Source of the DNA: an uncultured virus (IMG/VR IMGVR_UViG_3300005193_000001)
Lineage: Duplodnaviria > Heunggongvirae > Uroviricota > Caudoviricetes
Strand: one strand, 5' to 3'
Length of the DNA stretch: 64,000 bases
Virus record (IMG/VR): IMGVR_UViG_3300005193_000001
Span: 62,001 to 126,000 of that record
The translations under genes and the position numbers were made by a program. Below the pieces are notes generated by a model, which ran no database searches, was not told the DNA's origin, and saw nothing but the letters and a program-made list of their open reading frames with translations. This document shows, one piece after another, positions 1-9,661 of the stretch; the stretch's first letter is position 1, and each line of letters starts with the position of its first letter.

Positions 1-250
1 GACCGTTGGGATCCGGGTAATCGTTCTGAATTGTGAGGGTTACGTTTCCGCCAGCGGCATCCGTGTCAACGAGAAGGATAGACCCCACGTCGCTGCACGC
101 AACGTTGTAACTGGTGCTCTCAACGCGAGTTACACCGTAACTGGCTCTGTTCTGATCGACTGTAATACCAAGCTCGGGACTCTGAGAAAAAGAGAACTTC
201 TGGTCAGTCGTAGCAGAGTTTCCGTGAATAGGGCTAGAATTAGTGGACAT
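1..250 (-). CDS. Partial (runs off the left edge) putative virion protein, paralogue of 309..710
   Basis: Manual translation MSTNSSPIHGNSATTDQKF...SILLVDTDAAGGNVTLTI shares IHGNSxTTD and LVDTDx(0-2)GGxV with the neighbouring ORF. Confidence 0.7.
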   Translation of the reverse strand, partial: MSTNSSPIHGNSATTDQKFSFSQSPELGITVDQNRASYGVTRVESTSYNVACSDVGSILLVDTDAAGGNVTLTIQNDYPDPNG

Positions 251-308
251 AAAGTGTTAAGTTATTCGTAAATTACGAGTAACGGTTGGCTATTGGTGAA
301 AAGTTCCT

Positions 309-710
309 TTAATCGAGATCTCCGAAAATAAGAACTTCACCGTCCACAAGGTGGCGAACGGTGGCGTGACCATTTGCTTGAGAAACCTGTTGCTGGGAAC
401 CATCGACGACGAAAATCGAAGCGCCGTTAATTCCGGAAAAAGTAACGGTTCCACTTCCGTTGTTCACAACTTGAACCTTGAAGTGCTCGGGAAGTGGGAA
501 GTTCTCGGCATCCACAGACACGTCAACGTCTCCACCATCGGTGTCAACGAGAAAGGTGGAAAGCTTGTCCTCCGGGGTGATAGTAAAACCACTAGAAACC
601 TGCACCACGCCATCGGTAGGGGTGGCTGGCGTAGAAGAGACGCCGCCTTGATCACTTCTAGTAATGTTTCTGCGTACGTCCGTGGTAGAAGAATTTCCGT
701 GAATGAACAT
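309..710 (-). CDS. Small beta-rich putative virion/tail accessory protein
   Basis: 133 aa acidic ORF downstream of the sheath gene, preceded by a late-type motif at 738-747. Confidence 0.6.
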   Translation of the reverse strand: MFIHGNSSTTDVRRNITRSDQGGVSSTPATPTDGVVQVSSGFTITPEDKLSTFLVDTDGGDVDVSVDAENFPLPEHFKVQVVNNGSGTVTFSGINGASIFVVDGSQQQVSQANGHATVRHLVDGEVLIFGDLD

Positions 711-759
711 AATAGTTGTTTCTGGTTACGTTTGTTTTGTAAATATCAGTCAGAGCGCT

Positions 760-957
760 TTATTCGTCGTTAACTTGTTCCCACTGGCCGTCGTAGTTTT
801 TTCCGCCCCACTTTTCTTCGTCTCCCTTGTCAAGGGCCTCCTTGGGGCTCGTGGACTCTGCGTCTTCGTCCACCCAATCTACAAGCTCGTGACTGAGAAA
901 GCTAACTCCCTTCTGTTGATTCAAATACTTGTGAAAGTCACTCGGTTCACGACTCAT
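760..957 (-). CDS. Hypothetical protein
   Basis: 65 aa acidic ORF with ATG, co-oriented with neighbours. Confidence 0.5.
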   Translation of the reverse strand: MSREPSDFHKYLNQQKGVSFLSHELVDWVDEDAESTSPKEALDKGDEEKWGGKNYDGQWEQVNDE

Positions 958-1028
958 GATAATAGGATAATTTTATCTGAGGCTATGTCGATCCAGTTGC
1001 CTTTTATCACTCATTAGTAATTATTGGA

Positions 1029-4000
1029 TTAAATGTTTTCAAATTCCGCACCAGTCGGTAGAAGGTTGAACTGGATGCTAACGAATTCCGCCGTACGTGT
1101 GGGCTGGAGGAAAATCTGTCCTCGGAGTTCGTTTCTGTCAATAACCTCTGGTGGGTTATTGTCCGCGTTCATTTCTACCCTAAAGGCAAAGAGACCCTGC
1201 TGCTGCTGAATGTTTTCGAGGAAGGGGTTCACGATGTTCTTGAACCTGTTCCTCGTAGCGGGTACGTTCTGCTCGAATACCAAGAATCGACTGGTGGAAG
1301 CAACGAACTTCTTAACGTTAATGAGCAACCTCCTGACGTTCACCCTGTCGAGAGCGGAAGGAGCGACTTGAAGCGTCTTCTGCCCGAAGACCACAGTACC
1401 CTGTCCTTGGAACTCCGCAATTGGGTTCACGCGGTTGCTGTAAAGCTCGTCGCGCTCGTCCTTGCGGAGCCTAAGAACGGGCTCAATGACCTCGGGGATT
1501 CCTCCACGCTCAAGACCAGCGGGTGCGAACCACTCTGCCGAATTCCTGTCGCTGAACGCGTACACTCTCGGAATTACGGCGCTGGGTGGAACTTCTCTCT
1601 GCCTTCCCGTATCCCGGTCTCTAACTCGGACCCAAGGGAAGTAAGATGCAGCGTAGTTGGTATCGAGAGTCTGAATGGAATTCGTAGCCTCCTGAATCGT
1701 AGCATCCGGCCCAACGGGATCGAAGACGTAAAATACGTCGCCTCGGGCTTCCACCATATCGATACCGCTCTGAACAACGGTCTGGTGCTTGTCGTAAATT
1801 ACCCCAGGAGTAGCAAGCAAGTTAATGTCGAACCTGTCGTCGTTGGAGAGAATCCGGAAGGCGTCCCTGTAGGACTCGGCTCCGGGAGCGTTGTATCCGG
1901 AAAGATCGAGTCCCTGAGAGTTGCCCGAAGTGATGTCCTCGCCAAGAGCAACGGGAGTCGTTGGGTCCTGACCATCGAATCCGCCCTGGAAAGCTACTGC
2001 AAGATTTCGCTCTCGAACCGGGAAGCCTTCTTCCGGTCCGTCTCCATAATCGATGGACTCGACGGTGCCACCGTTGTTAACGAAGCCGTCGCTGAATACG
2101 AAGTTAAAGTTCTGATTCAAGAGATCCTGATCTCCAACGGCTTCTTGGTTGTTGGCGATAGCCTGGAGGAAGGTCTCGTTGTCCTCGAAATCAAAGTCGA
2201 ACCCGTAGTTGATGCGGGTATCGAAGATAGCGGTATTTGGATCAATGTCGGCCACAATGTCCTGCTCCAGAGTATCGGTGCCGTCCACAACTTCGGTATC
2301 GGGATCAGTGACCGTGTTGATTTTTCGAGTCTTGAGACCAGTAATCTGGTCCTTGAAATCAAGAGGAATCTGGTAGCTTTCAAAACCCCAAGGAATGAGG
2401 TGAGAAAGCTCGTTCCTGTTGCCGCCGTTAGCGTCTCGAAGCTGGTCACTGACCGAAACCCTGATATAGTCGCTGTTATTCTCGTATTCGCCAACGTCTC
2501 TTACCTTTTCGCCATCAAAGACCCTGTTCTTGTTTCCAATGACAGAAGCGATGAAGCTATCACTGTTAGGGTCGAGGTTTACTGCGGTGAAGGACTCCAA
2601 AACTTCTGGGTTTCTATCGCTATCATCAAACGCTCGAACAACGACGTCGAACGTACCGTATTCAGAACCGGGTACCTCTGATGGATACCTAATCGTTTGA
2701 AGCGAAACCTTAATCTCTCGATTAGAAGCCTCTCCATCGCTCAACGTGTGGAAACGAACAAGCCTCTGCCTGTCGGTTCCGGGCTGAGCGGGCTGCTGGT
2801 CCTGAGAAACTATCCAGGGGGTGCTGGCATTGTCGTACTGCTTGTCGGAGTAATCGATTTGAGCAGAATTGAACTCCACTCGCAATTCCTCGTCGAGAGT
2901 ACCAGAAGCCTCGTCAATGATTTCGGCCCAAAGGTTTGGGAACTTAGACTTAAAGAATATTTCTCGCACTCCTTCAACGCTTCCCCCAAAGAAGTCGAGA
3001 ACGTAATTGTTGTCGGCGTCGTCCAGAGAAAGAACGTAAGTCGTAGATTCTGGAAGCTCTCCAAGAGTAGCGAAGTCAGGGTTTCCAGTATCGTCAAGTG
3101 CGATTTCGTACTCAAGAACGGAACCTTCCGCCCAATCGGATACGTAGATCGATCCTTCCGAAACCTGATCTACAAGTCCACGAAGATCGTCAACGTCCTG
3201 AGAAAGATCGATTTCTCCACCGAAGGTAACTGTAGAACCGACGTCGTAGGCGTTGTCCAATCCAAAGGAATGAACGGTCTGATCAGAATCTGCAACCAAG
3301 AGCGTATTCCCGGAGTCTACGATATCGATGCTGGAGATCGAAGTAAGCTCGGTGGTGTTCGTGTAGCTGGCGGCTGGAGGAGTAGTAGCACCAGCGAGAT
3401 CGGGGAAGACTCCACCGCCAAGATCGTACTGATGAACCGTGCTACCACTACCGGAAACGAAGAGCCTGTTGTTGCTCTGATCTATCTCGATGCCAGTAGG
3501 CGCGGTAGTCTCGTTACTAACGTCAAGCTGGCTGGTGAAACCAGAAATGGTGGTGATATCGTAAGCGCTACTAATGTCGTACTCGTAAACCGAAGCGGGT
3601 GCGCTCGAACTTCCCACGTAGAGAAGAGTAGATCCACCGTTGGTTATTACCAGATCCTCCGGGCTTGGGTCTTCGCTGAGAATCTCCTCAGTAACGAACG
3701 AAGCCGAACTAACGTCATATGGAGTAGAGAGATCAAATTGAGCGACACGACCAGTACTTCCGTCGCTGGTAGTGGCGTAAAGCTTGCTTCCGCCATCTGC
3801 CAATTCGATATCGGTGATATTGCCCGTAAACCCGCTGAGAGCGGTGTCACCCACAAGATCCGTGAAGGACTGGTCAACACCAGCGGTCTGAATTTCGAGC
3901 CCGAAGCCTGTAGGATCGTCTCCATTGGCAACGATGTTAGCACCCACAATCCTGTCGTTATCTTCTCGCAGGGAACGTGTAGGCACAAGCGTTCCAAGAG

Positions 4001-4337
4001 TAAGGTCTTGTCCGGGATCATCCGTATCGAGAGCCCCGGCAGGAAGTTGAAGCTCAATAGCCTCGGCCTCGTATCCCTCAGAGCCCAAAAGACGAACTAC
4101 GTAAGCGCTACCCGCGTCTTCAAGGTAATTTGGAACTGTGAAGTCGGTGTAGAAGTCTCCATCACCAAAAGTCTCGATGTAGTCTCGTGGGCTGTCAACC
4201 AAAACGGGTTCAAAAGCGGGTCCCTTAGAGGTTCTTCCAACAAAGGCTCCAGCTATCTCTTGGATACCCTGTGGAAGAAACGTAAGGTCACGCTCCTGTG
4301 TGAACACGCCCGGAGACAAGAATTGCTCTTCAGCCAT
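1029..4337 (-). CDS. Contractile tail sheath protein (T4 gp18-like) with inserted beta-propeller
   Basis: N-terminal FLSPGVFTQERD and GRTSKGPAFEP; C-terminal YAASYFPW, WFAPAGLERG, LYSNRVNPI, GQKTLQ, LDRVNVRRLL, PTRTAEFV are typical sheath motifs. Confidence 0.95.
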   Translation of the reverse strand: MAEEQFLSPGVFTQERDLTFLPQGIQEIAGAFVGRTSKGPAFEPVLVDSPRDYIETFGDGDFYTDFTVPNYLEDAGSAYVVRLLGSEGYEAEAIELQLPAGALDTDDPGQDLTLGTLVPTRSLREDNDRIVGANIVANGDDPTGFGLEIQTAGVDQSFTDLVGDTALSGFTGNITDIELADGGSKLYATTSDGSTGRVAQFDLSTPYDVSSASFVTEEILSEDPSPEDLVITNGGSTLLYVGSSSAPASVYEYDISSAYDITTISGFTSQLDVSNETTAPTGIEIDQSNNRLFVSGSGSTVHQYDLGGGVFPDLAGATTPPAASYTNTTELTSISSIDIVDSGNTLLVADSDQTVHSFGLDNAYDVGSTVTFGGEIDLSQDVDDLRGLVDQVSEGSIYVSDWAEGSVLEYEIALDDTGNPDFATLGELPESTTYVLSLDDADNNYVLDFFGGSVEGVREIFFKSKFPNLWAEIIDEASGTLDEELRVEFNSAQIDYSDKQYDNASTPWIVSQDQQPAQPGTDRQRLVRFHTLSDGEASNREIKVSLQTIRYPSEVPGSEYGTFDVVVRAFDDSDRNPEVLESFTAVNLDPNSDSFIASVIGNKNRVFDGEKVRDVGEYENNSDYIRVSVSDQLRDANGGNRNELSHLIPWGFESYQIPLDFKDQITGLKTRKINTVTDPDTEVVDGTDTLEQDIVADIDPNTAIFDTRINYGFDFDFEDNETFLQAIANNQEAVGDQDLLNQNFNFVFSDGFVNNGGTVESIDYGDGPEEGFPVRERNLAVAFQGGFDGQDPTTPVALGEDITSGNSQGLDLSGYNAPGAESYRDAFRILSNDDRFDINLLATPGVIYDKHQTVVQSGIDMVEARGDVFYVFDPVGPDATIQEATNSIQTLDTNYAASYFPWVRVRDRDTGRQREVPPSAVIPRVYAFSDRNSAEWFAPAGLERGGIPEVIEPVLRLRKDERDELYSNRVNPIAEFQGQGTVVFGQKTLQVAPSALDRVNVRRLLINVKKFVASTSRFLVFEQNVPATRNRFKNIVNPFLENIQQQQGLFAFRVEMNADNNPPEVIDRNELRGQIFLQPTRTAEFVSIQFNLLPTGAEFENI

Positions 4338-4383
4338 GATACTCTGTTTTTATCATTAGTTTTTGGGTGCGTGTGTATAACTG

Positions 4384-4668
4384 TTACCGACCCAATTCTT
4401 CTGGAGACAGAATTTTTCCGGACTCGGGATCGATCCCAACGTCACCGTACTTTTTATAAATTTCTCTCATGAAGTCATCGTGTTCGGACTTCACGGTTTC
4501 AAGTTCCTGCTTTATGTCTTCTCTTTCTTCTTTCTCGTTCTCAAGCTCATCTTCCAAGGCACTAATGTAAAAGTTCTGCCTTCCATACTCGAACGTGAGA
4601 TCGTATATCTGATCTTGAAGATCGTTCAGCCTCTTCTTTTCACTGTCGGTAAGTTCATCATCGGGCAT
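4384..4668 (-). CDS. Small coiled-coil protein
   Basis: 94 aa, heptad-rich, ends KKYGDVGIDPESG; lies between the two sheath genes. Confidence 0.7.
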   Translation of the reverse strand: MPDDELTDSEKKRLNDLQDQIYDLTFEYGRQNFYISALEDELENEKEEREDIKQELETVKSEHDDFMREIYKKYGDVGIDPESGKILSPEELGR

Positions 4669-4700
4669 AACACTTTACACTTTTTGCTCGTGTTTATATA

Positions 4701-7097
4701 TCACTCTTCAACGGAGAAGCGCTCCCTCTCTATGACAAAGTCAAGGGAAATGATCTCTATAACCCCGACTGGAGAAAAGGAAACCTCAATGTTAAGGCGG
4801 TTCGGAGCTCTCCTTGAATCTCCTCTGTTAGATACGGGATCGACATTGACCTCGAAATTGCTGACTCCACTTCTGGATTGAACCTCGCCAAGAATTTCAA
4901 GCAAGTTAATACGCAAATTCCGTACCAACTCAGGAGTAGTTTGTTCAAAAAGAAAGTCTTGGGCAAGATCCCGAACTCTGGAAACGATGGAAGAAATAAG
5001 CCTCCTCACGTTCAAGAGCTCCCTCGGCGTTTGCCCCCTCGCATCCTGGAAGTAGGTCAAGTTACCCCAAAGCAAGACGCCGTAGTCGTCGAAAAAAGAA
5101 ACGGCGTTGAAATTCTGATCCTGCAGATTGTCTAGTTGATCACGACTGAGCCTGAATTGAACGTCAATTACGTTAGGAACCTGACCCCTATCGATTCCGG
5201 CTGCAGCGAACCAAGGAGCGGTTTCGGCGTCAGAAAGAGCAAAAGTTTGCGGAATAACCGAAGAGGCCGGAACGAAATCGAAGTCTGTTATCTCTTCTTC
5301 CACCCAACCGAAGTAAGTGGCCGACCGAGAAGAGTTAAAATCTATGCCTGAAATATCTCCGGGACGATCTCCGAGTTCATAAGAGTCGAAGACATAGGCT
5401 GCGTCCCCCCTTTCTTCCACCAGATTGTCGGCCTGTCTTATGAGTCTTTCATGATTCTGAAAATCAAGCTCCGGGGTAACAAGTAAATTAAATCCTATGC
5501 CAGCCTGTGGCTGATCTAAAAGCTCGTAAGCTCTTCTGTAGGCTTCTTGACCTCCGCTATCTCTCCCCTTGAAGTCAAACCCAAACGTGTTCTCGGGGCG
5601 TATGTCTCCTCCGGTGAACACCTCTCTATAAACGCTCTGTCCATCGGTTCCCCCCTGGAAACCAAGACTGAACTTTCGCTCCGAAACGCTGCTCGTGTTG
5701 GGATCTATGCCAGCCTCTTCATCGAGATAAAAACCGTCGTCCATGGGTTCGGAGTTTTCTGGAACGCCTTGAAATATGTTGTTATTCTGATCTTCTCTGA
5801 ATTCTATACCGAAGTGAAGCTGATTTGTAAGATCTGCGCCTCTATCAGGTCCGGCATTCACGTTTCCGACTTCAAGATAATCCGAAAGGGCACCGAATCG
5901 CTGCTCAGTCCTGTATACTGGAGTCTGAGTGGAATTCAAGAAAGTCCTCTGATAAGAATCAAATCCAAACGGCAAAATATCAGAATCTGCGGCTTCCAAC
6001 TCATCAGAAAGTTCTACCCTGATATCGAGGGATCGCGGCTCGTACTGCCCAAAGCTCTCGACCCTTCTAGAATTAAAGTTATATGAAGAAAACTTCGTGC
6101 CAATCTCGGATCCGATGAAATTTTCATCTTCCGGGTTGAGAGACAAGTTATCGAAGCTTTCTATTATGTCTTGGTTAAAGTCTGTATCGTCAAAGTCTCG
6201 AAGATTCACAGTGAATGTAGGCCATCCACTTTCGGAGAATGGAGAACCTATATCGGTAATCGAGATCTTAAATCTTCTATTTTGAGTTTCACCGTCTCCC
6301 CTAATAAAGAACCTGAACAAACGAATCCTCTCTTCCCCCGGAAGAAGCTGCGACTCTATCCAAGGAGTCCTCGGAGAATCGAAGTTGGGGAAAGTGAGAG
6401 GATTGGGTGAATCGCCGCTCTCCGATATGATGAGATTAACGAGAGACTGAACCGTTACGTCCCCGATGATTTCTCGTTGTCGTCGCGGGAAATTCTGATA
6501 GACCCTGATTTCGGGAGGAAGAACTCTGGTGATATACCTTGGACTTGTCGGGTCTAAGCTTAGAAGAAACTCGTCCAGAGGGTCGTCCTGACCGGGGGTA
6601 TCGTTCTCGGTGAAGGTCTGCAACGTGAAACGCTGTGCAAGGGCTTGTGTATTAGCGGTTGGAGAAAGAATGCGAGTCTTCGTAGGATCGGCACCCTGTT
6701 CTCTCTGATATCTGTCACTGAAAATGAACACCGCAAGAATCTGTCCGGCCTCGGAATCGATATTGGCCCAATCTACTCCAGCACGTCCTCGAATAGAGAT
6801 AGTAGTAGGGTCCCAACCATCGGTAGCGATGATTCTAGTGAAGTTGACTCGATCCGTCTGCTTTAAAACCTCAACTGCGGAAAAAGTAGAATAGGTAGTG
6901 GGCTCTCCGAATATTTTCTCAAACTCGTCAACGGTCCGAACTTGTGTCGGTACAAAAACGGGACCCCGCTGTGCGGGTCCAACTATCATAGCGTTCGTCT
7001 CGTCCTCGACCTCAGGAACTACGAACTCGGTTCTACCGCTAACATCTACTCTAGCGGCGGTGTTTCTGGGATCTGCTACAAAACTACTTCCGTTCAT
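4701..7097 (-). CDS. Second, divergent tail sheath-like protein
   Basis: VGPAQRGPVFVP, TPWIESQ, FQGGTDG, PWFAAAGIDRG, LNVRRL; collinear with 1029..4337 but lacks the propeller insertion. Confidence 0.9.
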   Translation of the reverse strand: MNGSSFVADPRNTAARVDVSGRTEFVVPEVEDETNAMIVGPAQRGPVFVPTQVRTVDEFEKIFGEPTTYSTFSAVEVLKQTDRVNFTRIIATDGWDPTTISIRGRAGVDWANIDSEAGQILAVFIFSDRYQREQGADPTKTRILSPTANTQALAQRFTLQTFTENDTPGQDDPLDEFLLSLDPTSPRYITRVLPPEIRVYQNFPRRQREIIGDVTVQSLVNLIISESGDSPNPLTFPNFDSPRTPWIESQLLPGEERIRLFRFFIRGDGETQNRRFKISITDIGSPFSESGWPTFTVNLRDFDDTDFNQDIIESFDNLSLNPEDENFIGSEIGTKFSSYNFNSRRVESFGQYEPRSLDIRVELSDELEAADSDILPFGFDSYQRTFLNSTQTPVYRTEQRFGALSDYLEVGNVNAGPDRGADLTNQLHFGIEFREDQNNNIFQGVPENSEPMDDGFYLDEEAGIDPNTSSVSERKFSLGFQGGTDGQSVYREVFTGGDIRPENTFGFDFKGRDSGGQEAYRRAYELLDQPQAGIGFNLLVTPELDFQNHERLIRQADNLVEERGDAAYVFDSYELGDRPGDISGIDFNSSRSATYFGWVEEEITDFDFVPASSVIPQTFALSDAETAPWFAAAGIDRGQVPNVIDVQFRLSRDQLDNLQDQNFNAVSFFDDYGVLLWGNLTYFQDARGQTPRELLNVRRLISSIVSRVRDLAQDFLFEQTTPELVRNLRINLLEILGEVQSRSGVSNFEVNVDPVSNRGDSRRAPNRLNIEVSFSPVGVIEIISLDFVIERERFSVEE

Positions 7098-7106
7098 AAA
7101 GATTTA

Positions 7107-8018
7107 TCAATTGTTTGGCCTACCACTCACCGTTTCTCCAGTAACTTCCACTTTAGCGGGTCCAAGCTTCTTTTCAGTTTCATCCTCGTCTGGGATGTTG
7201 TTCGGAACTACGAAGCCATCGAGATCGAGACTGATGCTAGCTTCTACGTATCTGGTCTCGTCGGCCATTTCTACCGAAAGATCAATAGAATCAAAATTGG
7301 CATAGAACACGTTCTTTTCTTCGTCTCCCCAATACTGCTCAGTTCTATACTTTAAAGCGTCCGTGATCTTGTCCATTTGCCACCTATACTCGGTGAATAT
7401 CGTGAGGTCGTAAGACGCTTGCACGTACTCGGGCACCCGCGAGACTTGAAACTCCTTCACTGGCTTTCTATCGTTCAGCACGGAGAAATTGTCATACCTG
7501 TTCTTAGACGAGTAACGCTGAACTCCAGTTACGGTACGTCCGAGAGAAGTCAGAGTATTGAGGTGTGGCTGGCTTCGAATGCTAGGGTTGTCGGAGAAAT
7601 CGGTGCGATCAATGACTATTAGAGGAAGAAGCACCTTCTCTTTCACGGATTTCAAGTCTAGATTCTTCCTAGCCCACGTCCAACGCTCTTGGTTGTCCCA
7701 GATAACGGGGACCTTCACAAGCTGGCCGTCTTGCTTAACGTGAAAGTCGTAATCCTCATCAAGCTCGTAGTTTACGGCCCAATCCATCTCGGTAGAGCCG
7801 ATTTGAAAATTATAGTCGTCCTCGTCCGTATCTCTACGAAGCTGCTTCTCTCTCTGGATTTCTCGCTGTCTCTCCCTGTTCTTTCGGACCTGCTCTTGCT
7901 GCTCGTTGAACCTGTCCGAAAGTTGATCTTCTCTACGCTCTTCGCCTCCGCGAAGCTCTTCTTCACGTGATCTTGAAGCTCCGTCGTCGTCTCTTATGTC
8001 TCCAAACTTGTCCTTCAT
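7107..8018 (-). CDS. Tail completion/sheath stabiliser-like protein (T4 gp15-like)
   Basis: VKVPVIW...ERW, LPLIVIDRT, PEYVQASYDLTIFT; position between neck and sheath genes. Confidence 0.65.
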   Translation of the reverse strand: MKDKFGDIRDDDGASRSREEELRGGEERREDQLSDRFNEQQEQVRKNRERQREIQREKQLRRDTDEDDYNFQIGSTEMDWAVNYELDEDYDFHVKQDGQLVKVPVIWDNQERWTWARKNLDLKSVKEKVLLPLIVIDRTDFSDNPSIRSQPHLNTLTSLGRTVTGVQRYSSKNRYDNFSVLNDRKPVKEFQVSRVPEYVQASYDLTIFTEYRWQMDKITDALKYRTEQYWGDEEKNVFYANFDSIDLSVEMADETRYVEASISLDLDGFVVPNNIPDEDETEKKLGPAKVEVTGETVSGRPNN

Positions 8019-8021
8019 AGG

Positions 8022-8525
8022 TTAAGGTCTGTTTCTTTGAACGAGTTCAATATTAGAATCGCGTGTGCGCTCGGCGTCGGCTACCAAGGAGTGCCTGTAG
8101 AAGTACTTGGAGCCGAGAAGCTCGTTATCCACGACATTTTGAATTTCGAAGAACTCTTCATCCCACTCTATGAAGTCTCCACGTTGTGGATAGAATTCCT
8201 TGTCTTTGAGGCGTTCGCGCTGAAAACCGAATTGAGCACTTCGAAGCACGTCAAAGGTACCTCGATCCTGCTCCGTGCGCTGGTCTTCGGGAACGACAAG
8301 AGCATGAAGCTGCACGGTTTTAGAAAACGTCTTGCCCTGCTCCGTGGTCTCTCCCCGAAACGTGGACTCGGTAGAATCAACGTCCATCTTGTAAAGCTGA
8401 ACAAGCACTTCGACGACGTCCTCTACAAACTCTTCATTTATGCCCTGAATGAAAGCGAAGTCTTGATCGGAAATGAAAAAGCCCTCGTCGGTTTGACTTG
8501 GACTTTGTTGCTCATCATCTGCCAT
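8022..8525 (-). CDS. Neck/head-closure protein (gp14-like)
   Basis: VQLYKMD...FRGE, PQRGDFIEWDEEFFEI; synteny with gp13-like and gp15-like genes. Confidence 0.6.
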   Translation of the reverse strand: MADDEQQSPSQTDEGFFISDQDFAFIQGINEEFVEDVVEVLVQLYKMDVDSTESTFRGETTEQGKTFSKTVQLHALVVPEDQRTEQDRGTFDVLRSAQFGFQRERLKDKEFYPQRGDFIEWDEEFFEIQNVVDNELLGSKYFYRHSLVADAERTRDSNIELVQRNRP

Positions 8526-8559
8526 ATGAGTTTATAAATATATGGTAAGTGTGAACAAT

Positions 8560-9147
8560 TTAGTCAGCTTCGTCGCCGTATTTGTTGACGAATCCTCGCT
8601 TGTCGTCGTCTCCGACGAACAAAGTCGTCATGCCTCTGCTGGGAACAGTGTCTTCTTTGTCAATTATGGTATCGTCGTTCTTTCTGAAATCGTCAACCCC
8701 GGAACCAGTGAAAGCAACGGTTATGTGAAAATCGGCTTTGTCGTACCCAAACCTTTCGCGTATGTCGTCTCCTTTAGGCCAATCTACGACAAAGAACCAC
8801 TCTTGCTCGGAGCTTCCACTCAATCCGCTGGATCTAGTTCCTGGACCTACCACGTGTCCAATGCCTTTGGACTGCATGTTGCCAAGATCTATCTTTCTGG
8901 CTATCTGCAGCATGATGTAATCGAAGGTCCTACCAAGCACTTCGCGAGAACCGTTGTATCCCCGTCTTTGTAGAGACCGGAAAAACTGGTTTCGAAGATC
9001 CCGCATTTCGGGAGCAGTGAAGAGAACCAAGTCGAAGTAAGGGTTGTGCTCCAGCTTTCGCTGTATAGCCATTTCGGGAACATACTCCGGAACCTCCAAA
9101 GATTCGAAGCGATAGACGAGTCTGTTATCAACGTGGGGCTTTGGCAT
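8560..9147 (-). CDS. 2H phosphoesterase-like protein with a degenerate first motif
   Basis: C-terminal DFHITVAF (HxT) and GIG...WFFVVDW...IRERFG pattern; the expected first HxT reads DLV. Confidence 0.5.
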   Translation of the reverse strand: MPKPHVDNRLVYRFESLEVPEYVPEMAIQRKLEHNPYFDLVLFTAPEMRDLRNQFFRSLQRRGYNGSREVLGRTFDYIMLQIARKIDLGNMQSKGIGHVVGPGTRSSGLSGSSEQEWFFVVDWPKGDDIRERFGYDKADFHITVAFTGSGVDDFRKNDDTIIDKEDTVPSRGMTTLFVGDDDKRGFVNKYGDEAD

Positions 9148-9172
9148 GTCTCAAGTGGTAAATAGCGGCGAT

Positions 9173-9655
9173 TTATCTAATCTCGACTTTTAGCTCAGAC
9201 CCGGATATGTCCACGCGAGCAGACGGAAACTGGCGTTCAACAAACCTTTTGTAGAGCTTGGCTCGAATGTTCTCGTCTTCTCCTTCTTTCGGTGCGGCGT
9301 CGATAAAGAACCCCTTCAACTTCTCGGGCTCCATAAAGAGTTCGCTCCTGTTTTCCCAAGCATGCCTAGCGATGGAAACTACGGTAGATACTACCTTAAA
9401 GGGCTTGCCCTCGTCCGTAACGGCACCGAACCTGTCCGGAAACTCGTCCGAGTGCCTACGATCAAGCTCAAATTCTATGGCCAGATATTCAGGCATGAAA
9501 TCTTCCACCGTAACGTCATAGGTATACTGTTCGGTCTGGAACGTGTAATAAGCGCCGAACCTGTCAGTTCGAGCCAATTTCCATTTGTAGCCTTCCGTCG
9601 TGTTTCCAATCTCCTGAATGACGAAAGATCGGATAACGCTTCTGAGTTGTTTCAT
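9173..9655 (-). CDS. Phage protein with N-terminal LRxxIRxxVxxE motif
   Basis: 160 aa ORF in the late operon; begins MKQLRSVIRSFVIQE. Confidence 0.6.
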   Translation of the reverse strand: MKQLRSVIRSFVIQEIGNTTEGYKWKLARTDRFGAYYTFQTEQYTYDVTVEDFMPEYLAIEFELDRRHSDEFPDRFGAVTDEGKPFKVVSTVVSIARHAWENRSELFMEPEKLKGFFIDAAPKEGEDENIRAKLYKRFVERQFPSARVDISGSELKVEIR

Positions 9656-9661
9656 ATCGAC

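Noticed and set aside
1368..4472. Long plus-strand ORFs (437 and 591 aa) opposite the sheath gene
   Set aside because: Antisense shadows of a codon-biased gene; V/L/R/S-rich translations with no motifs
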